From the NCBI GenBank assembly GCA_015490455.1, contig WFXU01000024.1, positions 13,663 through 77,662 on the forward strand: DNA of 64,000 bases, given 5' to 3'. The notes under the pieces are model-generated. The model saw only the letters and a program-made list of their open reading frames with translations. It was not told the origin of the DNA and ran no database searches. Positions 20,788 to 27,712 of this stretch are shown one piece after another (position 1 is the stretch's first letter; every line of letters starts with the position of its first letter). The position numbers and the translations under genes were made by a program. This DNA is from Hyphomicrobiales bacterium (GTDB lineage: Bacteria; Pseudomonadota; Alphaproteobacteria; Rhizobiales; Devosiaceae).

Positions 20788-20803
20788 TTGCATGCGCATG
20801 CAA
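20788..20803. promoter_or_regulatory. Candidate LacI-family operator, perfect palindrome TTGCATGCGCATGCAA
   Basis: Perfect 16-bp dyad, 43 nt centre-to-centre from the first copy. Confidence 0.5.
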
Positions 20804-20853
20804 TAAAAAAATAATAAAATTCTTAATTGTTAATAATATTGTTAATCTAAATA

Positions 20854-21885
20854 TTATCTCCTTGTTGAACCACGAATAATAAGCTCTCCAGCAACTTCAG
20901 TCCTTATAGCCCTACGATTTGGATTGGCAATCATTTTATCAACAATTGAAATTGCCTCTTTCGCTAAAGCAGCAGCGGGTTGAGAAAAAGTCGTTAAATC
21001 ATAGGCTGAATGGCTGGCTTCAGGAACATCATCAACACCTATAATAGCAACATCGATTGGAATTTTTAGAGCAAATTCGCGCCTTGCTACTTCCAACACG
21101 CCAAAAGCCATATAATCTGAGGCGCAAAAAATGGCGTCAGGAGGATTTTTGCTGTTAAATAATTTTCTGGCAGCATTTGCCGCGCCTTCAAAACTATATT
21201 CCCCATAAACAATTTGCACATTTTTTATATTATTTTTGGCCAATGTTTCAATATATCCTTGTTGGCGCATATGGCTGGTGCTAGAAATTTTTGTGCCGGC
21301 AACAAAGGCGAAATTTTTATGATTTTTTTTTAGAAAATGACTAGCTGCAACTTTGCCAGCACGGTAATTTTCTCCCCAAACAGTAGAAACTCCGGCAATT
21401 TTACTTTCACGATTTATTTGCACAATTGGCACGCCCGCCTTCTTAAACTGATCTGCCAATTGTTCGCTGGCTTTTGTAGCGGTCATAATTAGCGCATCTG
21501 CCTGATAGCTGAGCGCTCTTTCTAACATTGGATCGGTTTCATCATAAATGGAGGAGGTAAATAATAAAATATGCCGTCCTGTTTCACGTAATTGCGCGGA
21601 TAATTGCTGCGCCACCTGCGCGTAAAATGGATTTTCAAGATTTGCAATGGCTAAAGCAATAATATTAGAGCGACGTGTAGCCAAAGAGCGAGCTAATAAA
21701 TTTGGGTGATATCCCAATTCGCGCGCAGCGGCGATAATTTTCTCACGTGTTGCTTTGGCAATGCTTGCTCCTTTCGTAAAAGCGCGCGAGACAGCTGATT
21801 GAGAAACTCCTGCCAGCCTAGCAACATCGCTTTCGGTCGGGGCGCGTCTGATTTTTCTTTTATTTGTTGTTTTTTTCTTATTCAC
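20854..21885 (-). CDS. LacI-family transcriptional regulator (PckR-like by position)
   Basis: N-terminal HTH VARLAGVSQSAVSRAF and a periplasmic-binding-protein-like effector domain. It is adjacent to pckA-fba-fbp. Confidence 0.85.
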   Translation of the reverse strand: MNKKKTTNKRKIRRAPTESDVARLAGVSQSAVSRAFTKGASIAKATREKIIAAARELGYHPNLLARSLATRRSNIIALAIANLENPFYAQVAQQLSAQLRETGRHILLFTSSIYDETDPMLERALSYQADALIMTATKASEQLADQFKKAGVPIVQINRESKIAGVSTVWGENYRAGKVAASHFLKKNHKNFAFVAGTKISSTSHMRQQGYIETLAKNNIKNVQIVYGEYSFEGAANAARKLFNSKNPPDAIFCASDYMAFGVLEVARREFALKIPIDVAIIGVDDVPEASHSAYDLTTFSQPAAALAKEAISIVDKMIANPNRRAIRTEVAGELIIRGSTRR

Positions 21886-22022
21886 AGCGAACCCAAATAT
21901 AGTTGACCCAATAAAAATCTAATGCCAATGGTTTAAGTTCAAATATATAAATTGTAAATGGCTAATAGTTTGTTCATTAGAAAATGATGAATAGTTTGGT
22001 CTGATATTTACTTGGCAAACAA

Positions 22023-22856
22023 ATGATAGATGAGGAAAAGGTGCAAATAAGTGAATTTTCAACATCCCTGTTGGAGTGGCTAAGCGCCAACTCTTGGGGA
22101 ATAATAACCGCCCTTATAGTTCTTATTATTGGTTGGATATCTTCGCGCTATTTTGCTTCAATGGTTAGGAGATTAATTGAACGAACACCAAAAATTGATA
22201 AGACAATAGCCCCCTTGCTCAGTCAGCTTGTTCGCTACGCCATTTTAATCGTTACTATCATTATTGTATTAAACCAGTTTGGCGTTGCAACTAATTCCAT
22301 GCTGGCAGTATTGGGCGCTGCTGGCCTTGCTATCGCTTTAGCCTTACAGGGCACTCTTTCTAATGTCGCAGCGGGTGTAATGCTAATCTGGCTACGTCCA
22401 TTTTCTATAGGAGATTATATAAAGGTTGATTCTATTGAGGGAACGGTAAAGGAAATAGGGCTTTTTTCTACCAAATTTGAAACCGCCAATGGGGTTTATA
22501 TATTTGTTCCTAACTCGCAAATTTGGAGCTCTGCAATAGTTAATTTTGATAAGGAGGAAAGACGACGGGTTAATATAAAGGTGGGCATTTCATATGAAGC
22601 AAATATTGAAGAGGCGCGTAAAATTTTACTAAAAATAGCAAAAAATGATGATCGTGTGCTGGATAGGCCAGAGCCGGCTGTTTATGTTGATAGTTTAGGC
22701 GATAGTGCGGTTATTTTAACATTTCGTGCTTGGGTAAAATCCAGTGACTATTATAAAGTGCAATTCTTTTTCAATGAGCAAATTAAGCTGGAATTTGATA
22801 AGGGCAATATTGAAATTCCTTATAATAAGCTTGATGTTAACCTCATCAAGAATTGA
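22023..22856 (+). CDS. mscS: Small-conductance mechanosensitive channel (MscS family)
   Basis: 277 aa with three N-terminal TM helices, a pore-helix-like LQGTLSNVAAGVMLI segment and a beta-domain. Confidence 0.85.
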   Translation: MIDEEKVQISEFSTSLLEWLSANSWGIITALIVLIIGWISSRYFASMVRRLIERTPKIDKTIAPLLSQLVRYAILIVTIIIVLNQFGVATNSMLAVLGAAGLAIALALQGTLSNVAAGVMLIWLRPFSIGDYIKVDSIEGTVKEIGLFSTKFETANGVYIFVPNSQIWSSAIVNFDKEERRRVNIKVGISYEANIEEARKILLKIAKNDDRVLDRPEPAVYVDSLGDSAVILTFRAWVKSSDYYKVQFFFNEQIKLEFDKGNIEIPYNKLDVNLIKN

Positions 22857-22907
22857 GTATGAGAATTAACTAATTTGATTAAGGGGCTGACAAAATATAT
22901 TTATATA

Positions 22908-22958
22908 TAGTCGGCCGTGAAAATTTTATCGCTCGGAAGTCAGAAGTTAGAAGTCGGA
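22908..22958. repeat. Dispersed intergenic repeat, copy A (contains a GAAGTYR heptad x3)
   Basis: AGTCGGCCGTGAAAATTTTATCGCTCGGAAGTCAGAAGTTAGAAGTCGGA aligns to 51774-51816 at 36/43 positions, plus one 7-nt indel. Confidence 0.75.
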
Positions 22959-23081
22959 GATATATTAGTTTCAATTTGTAGGAGTGGGTGAAAAGGGTAG
23001 AGGCAATTCTTTCAATGCCTTTGCGTTATACTCGCATTGGTGCTGTTTCTTTGGCATCTTTGCCAATTGGCAATCCCTCTT

Positions 23082-23105
23082 AATATGTTATGAAATATGT
23101 TATGA
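23082..23105. repeat. Perfect tandem duplication of the 12-mer ATATGTTATGAA
   Basis: Read directly from the sequence. It lies about 25-50 nt outside the left edge of the GC-rich segment. Confidence 0.9.
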
Positions 23106-23129
23106 ACAAAAAGACTATCTCCAAATATA

Positions 23130-26100
23130 ATCGCAGCCACCCTCTAAAAGCAGGGCAGAGGAAAGCCGGGACCTAGTAGCTGTCATCCTCTGGCAGTCGT
23201 GGGACTCTCTAAGCGTTAAGAGGGTTAGGTATGAGGGCGATTATAGGTTGAGGGTCTTAGTAGCGTGCCTTTACAGTGCCGGTATCATTCCACCTCCGCC
23301 ACAATATGCGCTATTGCCAATTCCTGAGCCGGGCTGATTGGGAAGCCGCTCCCGCCCACTGGCGCATTTCCCGTTGCGGAGATGTTGCTACTGGCAAAGC
23401 CTTCATTTTGGAAGCTACGCACCGCGTCCCACAGCGCACCCCCCGTCTCCCAAAGAGACCAGCCGGTTGAAATCGGGTCGCCTATAGCCTCCTTAGTCTT
23501 ATTGATGCCGTAGTTTCGCGCCCATTCCTTTACCGCTTTGCGGGCGCCATCGCGCAGCAGATCACCATTTTCGGCACCACCAGCCCCGCCCTCAATTTTA
23601 CACAGACGCGCCGCCTTTTCGCGAGCCGCATTGACATTGCGATTGAGTAGCGCTTCTTCGCTTTCAATTGTCTCGCCAACTTGTGCCAGCATCAGGGTTG
23701 AGTAACACCACAGCTTATTTTCGCTCTGTTTGAAGGCAACAATGGCTCCTAGTTCGGCGCTAGCAAATGGGGTGAGACCCGCAAAATTGCCATAGGCCGT
23801 CCCATAGAGCGCTAGTAATTTATCAATTTTGTTGAACTGTTGCGCGATCTGCTCTAGCGAAGCACCTTTGGCAAAATTGTCACGGTCTAGATAGAAGGTG
23901 CGAAAGCGATTGCGCAATAATAGATCATAGCTAGTGTCAATCTGCCATAGCCATTGCCGAACTCCGGGTATGCGAACCAATGTTGACCCCTCCCAGCCCG
24001 GAGTGATTGCGGAAAGAAAGCCGGGCGGATAATCCTCGCCTGATATAGCTTCAGAAAGCGGGATAAATTGCAAGGTAGAGCCGGCATCCAGCAGCGCCGA
24101 GATTGCATCTGTTCCACCCAGCAAGCGACCTTCGGCGATGCTGGCGGCTATTTCGCCAGCCATAGTGTCACGGTTCCATTCGCCGCTATTTAGCGGGCGA
24201 GCCGGGCGCAAAAGCACGTCAAAAGCCTCGCGGCGCATCATCTGTTGCCTAGCGCCTAAATCTTGCGTAAGTTCAGCGCGGTGTAAATATAGGATCGGAC
24301 CGGGAGCAGGGCTCACCAAACCGCGTTCGGTGTCAATGGTAGCAAATGCGCGATAGCTATTAACCAGTCGCATCCGCGCTAATGAAGGCCAGCGGCGCGC
24401 CTCATCGTTCAGCCATTGATCCATCGGCTGGGGCGGTGGCGCTTCAGGCGCGGTCTTAATCTCGGTCGGTGTGCGCACCCCCAAAAGGCGCAAAGCATCA
24501 ATCCAACGGCTGAAATAGCGAATTAGATAAGCACGTTCGGGATAGGCACCCAAATCCCCGATTAGCGACCATGTGCCAGTCAAGCGTAGCGCCGTATCTG
24601 CTTGGTCAAGCCGCAACAAAACCCGACGCGCCCGATTATGAACGGCATCATAACCACTAGCCTGTGTAATAACCTCAAGATAGAGATGTGGCACCGCCGG
24701 CGAGCGTGTTCGGGTCGGGGGAATATAGCTACCTTCCGCCGCAAGTGTAGTATCGCGTAAGACTACCGTAATTTGCCGCTCGCCCGAACGTAAGGTGGAA
24801 CTCTCAGAATTGCCTGTCTCTGCCGCTATGGGCGTTTCCATCGCGCCAGATATATTCCCATCGAGAGCGGGTTGTGCATCTGTGTCTACATTCTCATCTA
24901 TCCCAGATTGCACCCGATATTGTAGCTGAACCTGACTAGATATTTCGGCTCCTATCCGGCGGAACAGCGCCTCAAGCCCCTTCGCATCACCCTGATAGGC
25001 TACCTGTCCGCCAGTTTTTTCGGCTAGGCGGGTCAAAAGCGCCGCATCGGCTTCTTCGCCCAGCGGGATTGCATAGATCTTGATTCCAGCCTGTTTTAGC
25101 CGATCAATTATCGCGGCCTCATCTCCGCCCACATTGTCTTCGCCATCGGATAATAGCAGCACGACCCCGCTCGTCAGCGCCTCATTGCGGCTCGTTCTGT
25201 CCAGCGCCCGAAGGATTCCTGTATAGCTATCTAACACCATCGCTTCTACCCCAGCAACAAAATTATCGCGCTCACTCAGAGGCGCCAGCGGCACCAGTTC
25301 ACTCGGCTCAAGGGCAAAGCTAGTCAGACCCACCGGCTGCCCCTCAGAAATTAGGTCTAACAGCGATAGGATTGCGCGCTTGCTGGATTCAAAGGCATCG
25401 GTATCACCCATTGACCAACTGACATCGGTCAGAATCAATAGCGGTCGGGCGCTCTGCCCCACCGACAATAGCCGTAGCGGATAGGCGCGCCCCTGATCGC
25501 GCAATAGAAAATGATCGGGCAGCCATAATCCGCCACCGCTGGCCTTCACCGATAAGCCGACCCGCACCAACGGCCAGTCGGCGCTATCAATCTGGGTGAT
25601 GTCCAGTGCCGTTGCGCTCGTAGGATTGGCAGGGGTGAGTTCATCAGACGCAGTAATGGGCGGACGTAAACCTACTGTGCTGGTGGCTCCGCCAAAGGCC
25701 AGCGAGAACGGCTTGCCCGTTATCTGGCGCCCATTCACCCGCAAATAGGGTTGCCACTGATCCACCTGTTCGGGTTGCGTACCATCGCGCAATTTCCCCA
25801 GAGGATCAATTGCCGGAAGAAAGCGCAGTTCTAATTCTTCTACGGCGGGGTTACCGCTCCATTCAATCAGCGTCTGCTCAAGCCCGCTACTATCTACCAC
25901 GCCCAGTCGTAAGGTGATCGGCACGATTTTAGGCATGTCAAACGAATAAGAATAAAAATCCCACCGGATCTGATCCATCGCCGTGTCCTTTAGCCCGGCA
26001 AGACCTTCTTCTAGCGTTGGATCGTTTCCATCATGCAGCAGGTCAAACACCCGCCGCCTGCCGTCCCGTTCGGCCACGACGACATAGCGTTTCAGCAGTC

Positions 26101-26830
26101 CGTATCCCTCAATGGTGTTGTAGTCATTATAATTGGGATAGTTCAGGCCGGGGCTGTTTTCGTCGGTTTCAAGAAGCTCCAGCGTCTGCTCAACAGTTGC
26201 CGCAATCTCGGCTCTGAGCTCGTCGCCGGCGCTACTTCGGGCGGCGGCTTCTGCTTGCGCCTGCATGTCGGGCGGCAAGGTGACCTCTTTATCCAGAAAC
26301 CGGCGCAGGGCGGTCAGCGCGGGGCTATTCTCGTTTGGGGAACGACCGACCGCCAATGAAGCGTCAGGGAGCGGGGTGAGCTGCAAATAACGGATTTCCC
26401 AACCCATTTCCTCCAAGAGCGTTCCAAATAGCACCGCCCTATCTAGCGGGTTGGCCATACGGGTTGTTAGCACCTGTTCGGGGGTCTGGCGGCGATCCAG
26501 ATAGGGAACCAACGCTATATCTTGCATTATAAAGGAATAGGTAGCATCAGCATCGCCAAGTGTTTTGGCGGCTTTTGTAATGGTGCGACCGGGTGCTTCC
26601 AGTTCGGCGCGGGCATCTTCTAAAAGTTGCAACAATCGCCCGGCAGGATCCTCTTCGCGCCCCAGCAATGACCATAGTAAAAACAATATGAGCGCCAAGA
26701 GTAGCGCTAAAATTGCGCCGATTATCCGCTTGCGGCGAGAATTTTGCGAACGATCTCGGCTCAATAGGCTAACCATCTATCCCCCCTACCTTCACCCCCG
26801 CTATTTTGGGCATATGGGTTATGGTTTAAT
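23130..26830. other. Compositionally foreign GC-rich segment carrying one gene
   Basis: Hand counts on 60-nt lines give 43/60 G+C at 25441-25500 and 35/60 at 24361-24420. The flanks give 16/60 at 26821-26880 and 21/60 at 23041-23100. G/C-ending codons and many spurious antisense ORFs occur only here. Confidence 0.85.
23285..26776 (-). CDS. Large membrane-anchored vWA-domain protein of unknown function (degenerate transglutaminase-like core + vWA + unassigned C-terminal half)
   Basis: An uninterrupted 1163-codon ORF with G-rich SD-like AGGGGGG just upstream of the ATG. Basic N-terminus plus TM helix IIGAILALLLALILFLLWSLL. MIDAS residues DVSWS...SYTG...SDGED. Confidence 0.8.
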   Translation of the reverse strand: MVSLLSRDRSQNSRRKRIIGAILALLLALILFLLWSLLGREEDPAGRLLQLLEDARAELEAPGRTITKAAKTLGDADATYSFIMQDIALVPYLDRRQTPEQVLTTRMANPLDRAVLFGTLLEEMGWEIRYLQLTPLPDASLAVGRSPNENSPALTALRRFLDKEVTLPPDMQAQAEAAARSSAGDELRAEIAATVEQTLELLETDENSPGLNYPNYNDYNTIEGYGLLKRYVVVAERDGRRRVFDLLHDGNDPTLEEGLAGLKDTAMDQIRWDFYSYSFDMPKIVPITLRLGVVDSSGLEQTLIEWSGNPAVEELELRFLPAIDPLGKLRDGTQPEQVDQWQPYLRVNGRQITGKPFSLAFGGATSTVGLRPPITASDELTPANPTSATALDITQIDSADWPLVRVGLSVKASGGGLWLPDHFLLRDQGRAYPLRLLSVGQSARPLLILTDVSWSMGDTDAFESSKRAILSLLDLISEGQPVGLTSFALEPSELVPLAPLSERDNFVAGVEAMVLDSYTGILRALDRTSRNEALTSGVVLLLSDGEDNVGGDEAAIIDRLKQAGIKIYAIPLGEEADAALLTRLAEKTGGQVAYQGDAKGLEALFRRIGAEISSQVQLQYRVQSGIDENVDTDAQPALDGNISGAMETPIAAETGNSESSTLRSGERQITVVLRDTTLAAEGSYIPPTRTRSPAVPHLYLEVITQASGYDAVHNRARRVLLRLDQADTALRLTGTWSLIGDLGAYPERAYLIRYFSRWIDALRLLGVRTPTEIKTAPEAPPPQPMDQWLNDEARRWPSLARMRLVNSYRAFATIDTERGLVSPAPGPILYLHRAELTQDLGARQQMMRREAFDVLLRPARPLNSGEWNRDTMAGEIAASIAEGRLLGGTDAISALLDAGSTLQFIPLSEAISGEDYPPGFLSAITPGWEGSTLVRIPGVRQWLWQIDTSYDLLLRNRFRTFYLDRDNFAKGASLEQIAQQFNKIDKLLALYGTAYGNFAGLTPFASAELGAIVAFKQSENKLWCYSTLMLAQVGETIESEEALLNRNVNAAREKAARLCKIEGGAGGAENGDLLRDGARKAVKEWARNYGINKTKEAIGDPISTGWSLWETGGALWDAVRSFQNEGFASSNISATGNAPVGGSGFPISPAQELAIAHIVAEVE

Positions 26831-27208
26831 TTGAGGCATATAAATTTAAGCCAGATATATTTTAATCGGCTCTATTTTGATACCTAATTATAGGACTATT
26901 CTAGGTCATAATACATAAAATTACCAGCCATATTATTATCAATTCGCGTGATGCTGATTGTTTGACCGGCAAAGACTTGGCTATGGGCAGAATAATTGCG
27001 GTTCATCCAGCGGCCAGATTCAAGATGACCAATTACCATTTAATAGCTGAACTTTGTCTCATATAGCCACTATAATTGCGAATAGTCTTTCTAGATTGCG
27101 GGTTAAAGTTACCGATTTACGGTTTCCGCAAATATCAATATGTTAAAAATTCTTCCCGAACGAACATTTAACAATCTTCCTTAGTTGCTCTGTCCCAATG
27201 CACAACGC

Positions 27209-27241
27209 AACTTAGAATCTAACTTATAATCTAACTTAGAT
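27209..27241. repeat. 12-nt tandem repeat AACTTAGAATCT / AACTTATAATCT / AACTTAGAT
   Basis: Read directly from the sequence: 2.75 units, one mismatch, about 45 nt beyond the erpA stop. Confidence 0.85.
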
Positions 27242-27286
27242 GTTCAATTTTAGTCATTAGAATGCGCTGACCAAAGCATCCCTATA

Positions 27287-27631
27287 TTAGAGGGAAAAAC
27301 TAGATCCACAGCCACAGGAAGCAACTGCATTTGGGTTGTCAATCTGGAAAGATTGTCCTGCTAATTCGTCAATAAAATCTATTTTGCTGCCTTGCATAAA
27401 TTGTAATGAAAGCGAATCGATTAAAATTCTTGCTTTTTCATTACCTAAAATAAGGTCATCTTCATTTGGCTTTTCTTGCACTAAATTATATTCATAAGAA
27501 AATCCTGAACACCCTCCTCCAGTAACAGAAATACGTAAAACAGTTCCCTTTGGCTCTTTAGCAATAATTTTGGCTATTTGTTTAAGGGCGCTATCAGTTA
27601 CCGTAATTTTTGCCATATTTTGTTCGTTCAT
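27287..27631 (-). CDS. erpA: Iron-sulfur cluster insertion protein (IscA/HesB/ErpA family)
   Basis: About 114 aa with GGGCSGF and C-terminal CGCGSSF cluster ligands. I chose the ATG at 27631; the track ORF begins at a TTG at 27646. Confidence 0.85.
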   Translation of the reverse strand: MNEQNMAKITVTDSALKQIAKIIAKEPKGTVLRISVTGGGCSGFSYEYNLVQEKPNEDDLILGNEKARILIDSLSLQFMQGSKIDFIDELAGQSFQIDNPNAVASCGCGSSFSL

Positions 27632-27712
27632 TTTCTTACTTTCCAAATTAATATCTCTAAGATAGGTTGATAAAATAAAATTGCAAAGGGAATATAAAGG
27701 GGAATATATTTA

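Noticed and set aside
23090-23176. 28-codon basic ORF (MKYVMNKKTISKYNRSHPLKAGQRKAGT) at the left edge of the insert
   Set aside because: It is very short, has no RBS, starts inside the 12-mer tandem repeat and crosses the composition boundary. It is most likely fortuitous.
23130-26830. Prophage, integrative element or IS as the explanation for the GC-rich segment
   Set aside because: No integrase, transposase, phage structural or replication gene, tRNA target or long terminal repeats are visible in or beside it. Only short repeats are present. An assembly chimera cannot be excluded from sequence alone and is listed as a refutation test instead.
23276-26834. Several 60-110 aa ORFs on the plus strand inside the GC-rich gene (23276..23470, 24138..24356, 26017..26217, 26033..26359, 26565..26834), plus a nested minus-strand ORF at 23887..24117
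   Set aside because: They lie wholly inside the uninterrupted 1163-codon ORF and are Arg/Ala/Pro/Ser-rich with no motifs. Stop-poor antisense frames are the expected artefact of high-GC coding DNA.
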